A DNA stretch of 64,000 bases. Source: a virus. The notes below the pieces were generated by a model. That model searched no databases and was not told the DNA's origin. It saw only the letters and a program-made list of their open reading frames with translations. Of this stretch, positions 16,549 through 26,648 are shown piece after piece. How positions within the stretch are numbered: position 1 is the first letter of the stretch; the number at the start of each line of letters is the position of its first letter. A program made the position numbers and the translations under genes. The stretch covers positions 15,027 to 79,026 of IMG/VR virus record IMGVR_UViG_3300021178_000012; one strand, written 5' to 3'.

Positions 16549-17007
16549 TCACGACGCTTCCGCTTCGTCCGTCTCCTCGTCCGCGTTCTCCCGCCACGCT
16601 TCGATCATGGCGTACGTGATTCGCTGGATCGCACAATACTGGATCGCCTTGATACGGTCCTCCGTGGACGCGTCCGCGGAAACTAGGTCGCTCGCCTCGC
16701 TCTCCGCGTCCGCGTAGATGCCCGAGTTGCACATGTCCGCGGCCCATGCGAAGAGCTTGGACGTGTAGACGTCAACCTGACCGTCCGCGTGCTCGTGCAC
16801 CACGTCCTCGGGATACCGCCCCGAGAAGCGGTCCTCGTCGATCTCGCCGCACGCCGCGCGGCACTCGTCGTAGATCCAGTCATTCGGAAGACTCCCACCG
16901 TGCGCCTCGCGCACCGCGTCTCGGAGCCACTCCGGAGCGGAGTCTTTCAAGCAAACGACCTCGCCGTCGGAGCGCTTGCAGGTCTCGAAACAGTTGTACA
17001 GTTTCAT
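16549..17007 (-). CDS. Ocr (T7 gp0.3)-like acidic DNA-mimic anti-restriction protein
   Basis: VVHEHADGQVDVYTSKLFAW resembles T7 Ocr [20 protein letters not shown]; Asp/Glu-rich; acidic tail ENADEETDEAEAS; early-gene position. Confidence 0.7.
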   Translation of the reverse strand: MKLYNCFETCKRSDGEVVCLKDSAPEWLRDAVREAHGGSLPNDWIYDECRAACGEIDEDRFSGRYPEDVVHEHADGQVDVYTSKLFAWAADMCNSGIYADAESEASDLVSADASTEDRIKAIQYCAIQRITYAMIEAWRENADEETDEAEAS

Positions 17008-17067
17008 AACGCCCGAAGGCCCGGCCCCCAAGAAGGAGGTGCGGGCCGGAACTGGCGGGGAACGGGG

Positions 17068-17364
17068 CTAGGGCGTCCAACCAAGCTCCCCGACACTCGG
17101 AACGATCTCCGGTTCAGGTTGCCAAGAATCTACGATCTCGTGGCGATACTCATTCCGTCGAGCATCGAAAAGATCGTAAGACGGAGCGCGGGAAACATCG
17201 CGGTGGTAACACCAGTTCGTGGTAACGATCGGATTACGTTTCGCGTGGTGTTCAATGGCCCTCAGAGCATTCGCCACGGTCGAGAACGATCCGAGCGAAT
17301 GAGCAACGAAAGCGCGTTGCTGGTAGGAATGCAGCCAGACCACGGGGCGATAGCGACGAATCAC
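17068..17364 (-). CDS. Hypothetical protein
   Basis: Coupled to 17361..17576. Confidence 0.5.
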   Translation of the reverse strand: MIRRYRPVVWLHSYQQRAFVAHSLGSFSTVANALRAIEHHAKRNPIVTTNWCYHRDVSRAPSYDLFDARRNEYRHEIVDSWQPEPEIVPSVGELGWTP

Positions 17365-17576
17365 GATTCTCTCCTTGCACAGTCGGAAGCATGCTCACGG
17401 GCAAGATCCATAGCCTTGCTCCACATCTCTACAGCTTGGTTAGCCTTCTCGGAACCTGGCGATGTAATACAAAGCCTTTCCGCAGCAAAGCGAGCCTTCT
17501 CGCACTCCGCTTGGAGCTTTTGCCCTTCCTTGCAAAGGGCTCGTCGAGAGCAGCGGCGAATCTTCTCTTTTCGCAT
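17361..17576 (-). CDS. Hypothetical protein
   Basis: ORF track. Confidence 0.45.
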   Translation of the reverse strand: MRKEKIRRCSRRALCKEGQKLQAECEKARFAAERLCITSPGSEKANQAVEMWSKAMDLAREHASDCARRES

Positions 17577-17588
17577 CGTGCAAAGGGA

Positions 17589-17814
17589 CCTTGCAGCGCC
17601 CGTGCCACTCGGAAACCCGCGAAGATCCGCGAGCTCCGCGAAGAGCTCTTCGCCCTAAGTGCGAAGGAAAACCCGGGTTTGCTGGCGACTTTCCTTCGCA
17701 CCCCCGTGTTTTCGGGGAAAAACAGGGTGGCACGGTTCCCGCAAGGTAGGGTTTCAAGGGGCTAGATGGCCCTTCGGAAACCTCCCTAGAGGGGGTAGAG
17801 GAAACTAGGAAACC
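17589..17814. promoter_or_regulatory. Divergent control region with nested inverted repeats and GGAAAC direct repeats
   Basis: IR 17589-17608/17727-17746; perfect 11-bp IR 17660-17670/17690-17700; GGAAAC at 17611, 17776, 17800, 17808. Confidence 0.6.
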
Positions 17815-17817
17815 TCG

Positions 17818-20779
17818 ATGTACTACACCAACTGGATCCCCCGCCCGCGCTTCGCTGTGATGTACGGGCTCGACCACGCGACGTCGGACGCGGCACGCAA
17901 CGAAGCCAAGCAAACGCTTCGCGACCATTCCGAGGTTTCCAAGGTCGAGATCACTGACGGCACGATTCGTGTTTACGAGACGATCACGAGGGAGCCATGA
18001 TTACGACGGACGCGACTCTGATTCAAGAATTGAATCCCGGCGACGAAGTATTGATTGACGAAACGGCGTGGACCGTTGTCGAGATCATTCCGCGCGCCAC
18101 CGATTCGTGGCGTCAAGTCAAGCTTCACAGCGCTTCCGACGTAGACTTCGTCACGGGCGGCTGGGGGTGGATGCGTGCCGCAACATTGGGGATCCAGGCA
18201 ACATGAAAACCTCTAACGTCGCTGAGACCGATCTCCCTCCGGACCATCATACGTTCGCGCTCTCACGCGTCCGTATCCGCAAAGACGACCACCCTGCTTT
18301 CGCGGCAATGGTGAAGCTTGCCAAGGAGCTGCCCTTGCGAGACTACGTCAAGGATCTGACCTTCCACGATCGCAACGCGCTTCGCCATGTCCCGCGCGAA
18401 CGTGGATTCGCGTGGATGCTTCGCCCAACGGGCGCGACGCTGTTCTGGCAAGGTGCCAAAGTCGAGGCGGATACCATCGCCAGCGCTTCCGAAGGTGGCG
18501 CGGCGTTTTGGTGGGATGGCGTGTCGCTTACAAAGCGAACACCTGAGCAAGTCAAGGAGCGCCTCGACGCCCCGAGCTTCGACGGAGCAAACGAGATTCT
18601 CAAAAGGTACGGATTGGTGCTTCGCGCCGTGCCGTTGCAGCTAACAGGCACTGGACGGGCACTTCCCGGATTCAAGTGGAGCACGGGTAGCCTGTATGGT
18701 TCACGCGCTTCTCGCGTGGCAAGTGACCTTCGCGACGCGGGTTTCGTTGCTGAGACCGTCGAAACGGATACGAAAGACCTCTACCAGCTGTTAGTGGAGA
18801 TCCCATGAGCACGCTCACGTGGAAAGACCACGGCTATATCTTCACGGCACATTCCAAAGAAGGAATGTGGACCATTGACAAGCGTTACGACTTTCACGTG
18901 ACGCTCATGCTCGACGGCACGACCACAGAGCAAGCCTTCGGATCGTATCCCTCGCTCGCCAAGGCGAAAGCCGGAGCTGAGCGCGACCACTGCAAGATCG
19001 CGCCTCCGTGGGCCGTCTACGTGTACTGTGTCGAAGTACAGGACGAGCAGGGGTGCTATCATTGGAGCCCCGAGCCGTCGGGCGGCTACGTCGTTCGGGA
19101 GAACGGCTACTATCGCGGCGTCGAGCCCGTGAAGCTTTTCCAGCGGCGAAGCGCCGCGGACCGTCTCTCGCACCGTCTCACGTTCGGAGAGGAGTTGGAT
19201 CCGTGAAAGTCATCGTCGACAACATGTGGTTTTGTATCGATTGCACCATGCTAGCCGTCAATGGCGATGCATCGGGCATGAGCGACGAACAGGAGAAGCG
19301 CTCGACGGAAGGCCTTGACGATCTCGGGGCGCACATCGTGCCAGACTTCGACTCGGAAACCGGCGAGGGATACCAGGACTTCGCGCGGCCCGCCCGCGGA
19401 TGCGATTGTTGCGGCTCGGGGCTCGCTGGGACGTTTCATCGCTTTGCGCAACTAGGAGAAGACTCGTGAACCTCGACCAAGAATACCGCCGGCTCCGTGC
19501 CAAAGGTTGGGCCGCTAAGGAAGCCAAGCGCACCGCAAAGGTCAACGTAGCTTTCGCCGCGTACGAAGCGCGAGGGCTCGTGAAGATCGAAGCGGAGCCG
19601 GATGAGTGCGCATTCATCGAAGACGTTATGGGCGACTATTCCGACCTCGACGAAGACCAGCGCCAAGAATATCGAGCGGACGATTACAAAACCGCCTACC
19701 GGGAGGGGATATGGGTCTACTTCACGTCCTACCGCGTCTCGGAAAACGCGGCGTGGCAAGTAGCGGACAGCATCGGGGCGTGCGTCGGACGTCTTGACGA
19801 TTCGTACGGCGAGGACCTCAGAAAGGGGGCACTCGACGCCCTTGACGCCGCGTTCGCGGCGGAAGCGGAAGCCTTGCAGGAACGCGGTACATACGCAGCG
19901 GGAGGAATGTAATGATTGCCGCCAAGCTTCAAGACTTCGAAGGGCGCCTGTACGTCGTTTGGGACAACGTCAGCGAACTGCACCCGGTCATCACTCGAAT
20001 GTGGTGGCCCGTCGAGCAGTCCGCGGGATGCGCGTATAACGCCAACCGTCCGTCGAGCGGTGATATTGCCGTGAATCAGCACGACGGCCGATGGGTCACA
20101 CATCGGGAATCGCCTACAATCTCTAGGACGGGCTCCGTCTACGTCGACGGCAAAAAGCAGGCTGAGCGCGTCGAGACTATCAATGTCCCATGCCCGAAGG
20201 TCCGCGCCGGCGTCGAAACCCGCTGGTACCAAGGGGAGTGGCAAAAGCTCCTCAAGAAAGGATGGGTGCCAGCGTGAAAACCTACGCACAAGCCAAGCTC
20301 GACATGCTCGCCTACCTCAAGTCGAAGGGTTGGGCCGTCTCGGGCGCATTAAAGATTCCCCATGCGACCTCGCCGGATGGCGATCTTCGGTTGTGGTTCA
20401 AGCCGCAAGCGGTGTACTTCACTGAAAGCGGCCCGCGGGACTTGAACCGTCACCAGTTCGGCAACGCACGGACCGCGTACTGGCCCGGCGAATCGCAGTA
20501 CGACACACGCGCGATGACCGGCGAAGAAGCCGTGGCGCGCATTTTGGGGGGATTCGGGAGGACGGCGTGAAACGCCTAGCCCGAGGCTTCCGCCGAGGTC
20601 ACGACGACTCGCTTGCGTGCAAACACCGCGACGTCTCGTGCTGCCCTGAGTGCGCCAAGGCCCACGAAGAGATCGTGAACGTCTGCGGCCAGCATTATTG
20701 GGTGCCGGATGCCGCGGAACGAAAGGCGCTCATTGCCGAAATGGACGCCTTCGTCGCCGGTCAAACGAGGCTCGTGTGA
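17818..20779 (+). other. Run of small coupled early-type hypothetical CDSs: 17818-18000, 17997-18206, 18203-18808, 18805-19206, 19203-19469, 19466-19912, 19912-20277, 20274-20570, 20567-20779
   Basis: Each starts in an ATGA/GTGA overlap with the previous stop; typical phage early-gene tiling. Confidence 0.7.
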
Positions 20780-21291
20780 CCTGGTTACTCTCTTCCTCAT
20801 CGGACCGCCGAGCGCTTGACGTCGTGGACGGGCACGGCCTTTGCGAAGGTCTCGGTCCGCACTACTCGCGACGGACGCCCGGATCCAACACGTTCACCGG
20901 GGTAGGCCGCGAGGTCGTTCTCGTGCACGGCACGGGACTAGCGGTATGGGCTTGCGTCTACCAGCGCACTCCGTCAGCGAAAGGAAGCGGAGGGAGCCGC
21001 GGACGCGTCGGAGTCGCCGATCCGAAACCTCGATACCTGTGGCGAAACATGCTCTTTCGGAACGAAGGCGCTGACCTCTCGTCTGACCTGATTCGAGAGG
21101 CGACCGAGCGAACCTACGAAGAATGGATCGAGCGCTATGGTGCCCTTCCCGAGGAGCGCCTGCGCACCGAGATCGGCGTAAAGGAGATTCGCTCGAGTAA
21201 TCCTGGCTTCTGTTACATCGCTGCGGGCTGGGAGCCGGGACCAACTGTGCGAGGGAAACGCTTTCTGTACGCGCCTGAGAGGAATCAATGA
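20776..21291 (+). CDS. Mom-like/GNAT-fold putative DNA-modifying protein
   Basis: HYSRR...LVL...WRNMLFRNEG...SSDLIREA...SNPGFCYIAAGW motif series. Confidence 0.5.
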   Translation: MTWLLSSSSDRRALDVVDGHGLCEGLGPHYSRRTPGSNTFTGVGREVVLVHGTGLAVWACVYQRTPSAKGSGGSRGRVGVADPKPRYLWRNMLFRNEGADLSSDLIREATERTYEEWIERYGALPEERLRTEIGVKEIRSSNPGFCYIAAGWEPGPTVRGKRFLYAPERNQ

Positions 21292-22858
21292 CCAATCGAC
21301 AAGATTTTCTCGAGCGCGTTCTCGACCGCCAAATAAAGGATCTTCGCGCCGAACTCGCCCGCGTCGAAGCCGAACGCGATGCCCTCCTCGCCGAGGCCTT
21401 CGCCTTTTCTGAGAAGGTCCGCGAGCTCACGGACGCTCTGGACGCCGCGCGCGGGACTGTAGGGAAGCCGTGAAAGGACCGAAGGAGTTGTTAGGAAAAC
21501 GAGTCTTGTTCAACGGCGAAGAATGGCTCGTGTGGCGAATCGAAAACAGCCGCGCAACGCTTCTTTTATGCAAGCGCGGACGCATAGAGCGCTATGTCGA
21601 TCTTTCAGATCTCGCTGATGCTGTTCTTACGGAGGGATCCCCATGAAATGCTCCTGTTGCGGCAACCCATGCCGCGTTCGAACCAAGGCCGTCATCGTCG
21701 GGAAGGGCACCGGGCTCGTGTGCGCCACGTGCGTCAGTGCCGGTCTCACGGTCGTAGCGCCGAAAGCCGTCGCGAAGTGCGCGTGCGGCAAGGCCGCGAC
21801 CGTGTGCGGCGCGTGCGCGGACAAGCGCGCGAAGCGGCCCGACGACTTTCGGAAGAAGCTCGCGGCGCACTTGAGGAAGCTGGCGAAGGCGTACGCCGGA
21901 TCTTCGTTGAACGTGATGGGACAACTCATCCCCGACGATCGCGCCGCGGGGCTTCTTCAGGCCGCTGACCTCGTGGAAGGGTGGAATCCGTGAGCGACGC
22001 GCACCGATTGCTCTCCTCAAACGATCCCGATCCTACGGTGCCGGCCCCCGGTCAACGTTGGCAGGCCCGAGGGGACGTGTATCGCGGCAATGGCGGTGGG
22101 GAGGTGGCCAAGATCTGCTTCATCGATACGGGCGTTGTCCACTTCAGGCCCGACCGTACGTTTTACGTTCTCATCGAAAACCTCGTAACGCATTGGTGGT
22201 GCGTCGATCATCTGCCGCTTTATGCCCTCATGGTCTATGGTCGCCCGGTCAAGACGTGGCGCGAGATGTGTCTCGCACTGATCGATTCTCTTCCGAAGGA
22301 GGGGCCGTGAAAACGACCGATCAAGTGCACCGCGAGCAAGCGGAACACTGCGAGCCGGAGCTGCTCGAGCATGCCGTCCGACACGCTCGAGGAGGACCAC
22401 CCCGACATCTTTAGCGGCGGCGCCTCCGACAAGATGTGGGCGGCGTACGATACTGAGGTATCGCAGTACGGCGGCCGTGACGTGTGGACCGGCGAATGGC
22501 CCGGCACGGCCGAATGCCGCGAGTACGGCCTTTGGTCGCGATGGGTCGGCAGCACATGGCCCGAGCCAGGCGGGCGGTGGGTCAAGTGCGCAGCAACCGA
22601 CGAGGGCGCCGGCCCGAACCTCAATGCGCTCAATGCGTGGGGTGGGTTCGTGTGGGATCGCACTGCGCGAAAGTGGAGAAAGCCGTGAAGATCGTCCTCT
22701 ATACCGCCGACGAGAAGGTCAAGGTGGAGACCTACTCCCGCTCGATCCCGCAAAAGGGCCACACGGTGGCCATCGCCGGCAAGACCTACGAGATCATGCA
22801 GGTCCGTTGGGTCAACGGCGCCAAGACGTTCAGCCAGGTAGAGATACTCATTCGATAA
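21288..22858 (+). other. Small hypothetical CDSs: 21288-21473, 21470-21646, 21643-21993 (Cys-rich), 21990-22310, 22371-22688, 22685-22858
   Basis: Coupled overlaps and ORF track. Confidence 0.6.
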
Positions 22859-22867
22859 GGAGAACGC

Positions 22868-23752
22868 ATGAGCAACCGAAAAGAAACGTACGGATTCGAA
22901 GGGCAGTTCGCGGGCGGAGACAAGTACCCGGAGGACCTCGTCATCGTCGGAATCGATTGCCCCGTCGAGGACTTTCCGGAGCTCTCCGACGACCGTATCA
23001 ACGACCCGTTGGATCCGGAGATGGTCCAATCGGTCAGGGATCACGGGGTGCGCATCCCGATCGAGATCCGCCGTCTCCGGGGCGATACCCGCAACTTCGT
23101 CAGCTACGGACGTCACCGCGTGAGGTGGGCGCGCGAGGTGAACAAAAACCTCAAAGGCAAGATGCGTATCTTAGTCCCCTGCCTGATCGCGGAGGTGGGC
23201 TCCGATCCGCTCACGGCAGCAATCATCGAGAACGCGCGGAAGAAGGCCCTCACGCCGCTCCAGTGCGCGAGGCTTGCCCAGCGCATGCGCGAGCGAAAGC
23301 GCCCCGAGCGGGAGATCGCCTCGGCGTTCGGTGTGAGCACGGCAACCCTCGCGGGGTGGGCCAAGCTCACCGACGCTGGCGACGAAGCGCTCAATGCAGT
23401 CGAAGCCGGCGACGTGACAACCGAGGCCGCGAAGGCCATTGCCGAGGTCGCTCCGCCGAAGCGAGCTGCGGCCATCGCAGCCGCGAAGGGTAAGAAGGGT
23501 ACGAAGGCCGTCGAGGCGGTGAAGCGCGTCGCTCGAGGGGAAACCGAGCCCGAGGAGCGCGGTCCGCTCAGCCGGGCGAAGGTCCGCGCCGTGTGCGAAG
23601 CCCTTGCGCCGACGAAGGACGACGACGTGGATCCGGAATCGCCAGAGGAGCTCGCGCATCGCCTGATGCGCATCGTTACCGGCGACGGAACGGCTGCGTT
23701 GCTCAAGGCGTGGCCGAACGTGGCGAGGGCCGTGAGGGAGGCGTTGCGATGA
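22868..23752 (+). CDS. ParB/Spo0J-like protein (ParB N-domain + HTH)
   Basis: MVQSVRDHGVRIPIEIRR..FVSYGRHRVRWA; IIENARKKALTP; EIASAFGVSTATL; AGGAG RBS. Confidence 0.8.
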   Translation: MSNRKETYGFEGQFAGGDKYPEDLVIVGIDCPVEDFPELSDDRINDPLDPEMVQSVRDHGVRIPIEIRRLRGDTRNFVSYGRHRVRWAREVNKNLKGKMRILVPCLIAEVGSDPLTAAIIENARKKALTPLQCARLAQRMRERKRPEREIASAFGVSTATLAGWAKLTDAGDEALNAVEAGDVTTEAAKAIAEVAPPKRAAAIAAAKGKKGTKAVEAVKRVARGETEPEERGPLSRAKVRAVCEALAPTKDDDVDPESPEELAHRLMRIVTGDGTAALLKAWPNVARAVREALR

Positions 23753-24186
23753 AAACAAAAAAACCTAAGGCTCATCGGCCATCACCGGGTGCCTTCATCA
23801 AGTCGCTGCCGTTGTCCGTCGAACCGGAAGCGGTCATCAGTCAGGGTCGCAGAGAAGGCTTCGAGATCACACGACAGCAGGTCGGCGTCGTGCGTCACCA
23901 TATGCGCAAGCGCGCGGTGATGAACTTGCCGAAGAAAGCGAAGGTCCCGCCGTCGACTCTGCCGAAGCTCGAATCACCTCCCGGGTTCACCGACTTGCAA
24001 AAGCGGCTCGACAGACTCTCGCAATCGCGCCCGTTCTTTACTCCGTTCGCTGGAGGTTTAGCGACCGCGTTCTCGTTAAGCGGCGACCACGAGGTTCAGT
24101 TCCTCCAGGCAGCTGCGAACATCGGGCTTGATAGAGCCTGCGCGCTCATCGAGGAAGCGCGACGTCGGATCGTGGGTACAAAATGA
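23749..24186 (+). CDS. Hypothetical basic protein
   Basis: ATGA overlap. Confidence 0.6.
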   Translation: MKTKKPKAHRPSPGAFIKSLPLSVEPEAVISQGRREGFEITRQQVGVVRHHMRKRAVMNLPKKAKVPPSTLPKLESPPGFTDLQKRLDRLSQSRPFFTPFAGGLATAFSLSGDHEVQFLQAAANIGLDRACALIEEARRRIVGTK

Positions 24187-24349
24187 GTGACCTACAATGC
24201 GCCGATGAGCGTCTTCTCGGCGACGAACCAAGCGTTCGTGGAACCGGCATCTACGTCCGCGCATCGGGCATCGTGAGAGGGTGCGCTGCGCCCGACCGAA
24301 GGGGCACGAAGGTCGGTGCCGGGACGGGGGCGGGTGGGAGTTCTAGCGC

Positions 24350-24379
24350 TTGACTTCGGCGTGATCCTGGTCGTATAAA
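24350..24379 (+). promoter_or_regulatory. Sigma70-type promoter candidate
   Basis: TTGACT-N18-TATAAA in an intergenic gap upstream of 24432. Confidence 0.55.
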
Positions 24380-24431
24380 AGCGAAACGCCCGCTCAACTC
24401 TCGCGGAGGAGCAGGCGTCAATGGAGTCTTG

Positions 24432-24848
24432 ATGACGAGAAAGATCGTATTCGACGTCGTTCCTGAAGGCAAGCCCGCTCGTAAGCCGACGCCTGCTTCG
24501 GTTCCTATCGTAACGCCTCCAGTGGAGCCGAAGGAGCCGAAGGAGCCGAAAGGCCCGATAGTTCACCCAAGGGACCCCAACTCGAACAAGTCGAAGCGCC
24601 GAGCTGCGTGGGCCGCGAAGCACAGCCCCCGGCCGTACGACGACCCCGGCGAGACGCTCTGGATCGGCGAGCGCCACGAGAACGTGCGTGTGCGGCTCTT
24701 CCAACACACGAAGCGGCGCTTCCTTGAGCTGCGCATCGAGCGACTGATCGATGGCGAATGGTGCTGGACGCAGAAGGGGTGCTCGATTCAGCAGAACGAG
24801 ATCGACGCGGTGGTGAGCGGCTTCCAGGCGGCGAAGGGGGCGATGTGA
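24432..24848 (+). CDS. PC4/p15-like ssDNA-binding protein
   Basis: VRVRLFQHTKRRFLELRI...WCWTQKGCSI matches the PC4 pattern. Confidence 0.7.
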   Translation: MTRKIVFDVVPEGKPARKPTPASVPIVTPPVEPKEPKEPKGPIVHPRDPNSNKSKRRAAWAAKHSPRPYDDPGETLWIGERHENVRVRLFQHTKRRFLELRIERLIDGEWCWTQKGCSIQQNEIDAVVSGFQAAKGAM

Positions 24849-25516
24849 CGCAGACTCACGAAGAGCGGACAATCTCCGCGCTTCACTCGGTGACATCGAG
24901 CGAGTGGTTCTCGCCGGAGCCCATCTGCAACGCCGCTCGAGAAGCCATGGGTGGCGAGATCGACCTCGACCCCGCGTCTTGCTCGGTAGCGAATCGTCTC
25001 GTGAAGGCGAAGAAGTTCTACTCACTCAAGAACGGTCAGGACGGACTACGACTGCCGTGGCGTGGTCGCGTCTTCCACAACCCACCGTCACCACCTCGAG
25101 AATGGTGGGGAAAAGCCATGGTGGAGCGTGACACGGAGGCAGAGTTACGCTCGGTTTCAGAACGACGATTCCAACTTTGCTACGTCGCGTACAGCGTAGA
25201 GAGCCTCCAGCAGGCGCAAGGTTGGTCGGTCTCCATGATGGGGTTTCCCTTCTGCATTCCGAAGGGTCGAGTCCGTTATATGTGTACGGCCGCCGACGCC
25301 ATTGCTGCTCTAGTGCGAAAGCAGGCCAAGAGGAAGCTATCGAGCACAGAGGCCCGCCGAATGGCGCAACTTGCCGGGATGCCGGCTGACGAGATCGTGC
25401 AAGGCGACTCGCCTACGCATTCTAGCGCCATTGTGGCCGTTGGGATCGAGCTTTCAAAATTCACCAAGGCATTCCGATCCATCGGCGAATGCGTCGGAGG
25501 TTCCGACAATGGCTAG
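24845..25516 (+). CDS. Phage Dam-family N6-adenine methyltransferase-like protein (motif IV reads NPPS)
   Basis: SEWFSP...IDLDPASC..AN...FYS...DGLRLPWRGRVFHNPP. Confidence 0.75.
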   Translation: MTQTHEERTISALHSVTSSEWFSPEPICNAAREAMGGEIDLDPASCSVANRLVKAKKFYSLKNGQDGLRLPWRGRVFHNPPSPPREWWGKAMVERDTEAELRSVSERRFQLCYVAYSVESLQQAQGWSVSMMGFPFCIPKGRVRYMCTAADAIAALVRKQAKRKLSSTEARRMAQLAGMPADEIVQGDSPTHSSAIVAVGIELSKFTKAFRSIGECVGGSDNG

Positions 25517-25787
25517 CAAAAAAAACCTCAAGTGCGAGCGCTGCGAAAAGCTCTGCACGGCTCGTCTGCCGGATCCGCTCGTCGAGGTGGACCGCTTCGA
25601 CGGCTTCGGCAAGCTGGTAGGCAAGTCGGCGCAACTCATATGCCTGAAGTGTGTCGACAAGGCTCGGAAACTCGCCGGCTACAAGCCGCCGCCGACGAAG
25701 CAGGCCATCAAAAGGGCCGATGCAGCGAAGAACCTTTTGGTGTTTGGAGGCGCCTATAATGAGCGCAGCGCGAAGGGGGCAAAGTAA
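25509..25787 (+). CDS. Small Cys-containing hypothetical protein
   Basis: CERC..C...CLKC. Confidence 0.55.
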   Translation: MASKKNLKCERCEKLCTARLPDPLVEVDRFDGFGKLVGKSAQLICLKCVDKARKLAGYKPPPTKQAIKRADAAKNLLVFGGAYNERSAKGAK

Positions 25788-26648
25788 ATGGGCTACATGC
25801 ATATCAATAATCTCTACAAGGACCAGCGGATCCTTCTTTTTCGCGAATGCTACGCGCTCGAAAAGATCCACGGTACGTCAGCGCACCTATCGTGGAATCA
25901 AGGCACGCTCACGTTCTCACCCGGAGGTGAGAGCCAGAGCCGATTCGTCAAGGCCGTCGATCACGTGGGCCTCATACCAGCGTTCGAGAAGATGGGTCAC
26001 CCGTCCGTCACTGTCTACGGTGAAGCGTACGGTGGAAGCCAGCAGAAGCAGGCGTGGCGGTACGGATCGTCGCTGAAGTTCGTCGCCTTCGACGTGAAGG
26101 TTGGCGACGTATGGCTCGCAGTCCCGCAAGCGGTACAACTCGTGACGGAACAACTCACACTAGAGTTCGTACACTTCGTCAAGGTGGCAACCGATCTTGC
26201 GGCGTTAGATGCCGAGCGTGACGCCCCGTCTGAGCAGGCTCGGCGCAACGGCATCGAAGGGAGCAAACCGCGCGAAGGTGTCGTCTTGCGTCCGCTCATC
26301 GAGGTGCGCTTCAATGACGACGAGCGGGTCATCGCAAAGCACAAGCGAGCCGAGGAGCGCGAGACGGTGACACCTCGCGAAGTGGTCGACCCGGAGAAGA
26401 TGAAGATTCTATCGGACGCCGAAGCCATCGCCTTCGAATGGGTGACTCCGACGCGGCTTCAGCATGTTCTCGATAAGATCGGCGATGTGGACATGCGTCG
26501 CATGCGAGACGTGATCTCGGCGATGACGGATGATGTGTTGCGCGAGGGTGCCGGAGAGATCGTTGACAGCCGAGAGGCGCGCGCAGCGATCGGTAAGAAG
26601 ACGGCCCAGATCTTCAAGTCATACCTGGAAGCAGCGTTGCGAACATGA
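25788..26648 (+). CDS. ATP-dependent RNA ligase, Rnl2 family
   Basis: Nucleotidyltransferase motifs I EKIHGTS, III YGEAYG, IIIa FVAFDV, IV EGVVLRP, V IAKHK, plus C-terminal helical domain. Confidence 0.85.
   Translation: MGYMHINNLYKDQRILLFRECYALEKIHGTSAHLSWNQGTLTFSPGGESQSRFVKAVDHVGLIPAFEKMGHPSVTVYGEAYGGSQQKQAWRYGSSLKFVAFDVKVGDVWLAVPQAVQLVTEQLTLEFVHFVKVATDLAALDAERDAPSEQARRNGIEGSKPREGVVLRPLIEVRFNDDERVIAKHKRAEERETVTPREVVDPEKMKILSDAEAIAFEWVTPTRLQHVLDKIGDVDMRRMRDVISAMTDDVLREGAGEIVDSREARAAIGKKTAQIFKSYLEAALRT

Noticed and set aside
22307-22688. Programmed frameshift joining 22307-22414 to 22371-22688
   Set aside because: A coupled GTG start leads into a short ORF overlapping the next frame, but no slippery sequence is evident; two ORFs or a single-base error explain it equally well.
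1463-24186. Long antisense or alternate-frame ORFs such as 1463-2428 (+), 13699-14931 (+), 22235-23116 (-), 22477-23493 (+)
   Set aside because: Shadow ORFs expected in high-GC coding DNA; Arg/Pro-rich nonsense translations overlapping better-supported genes.
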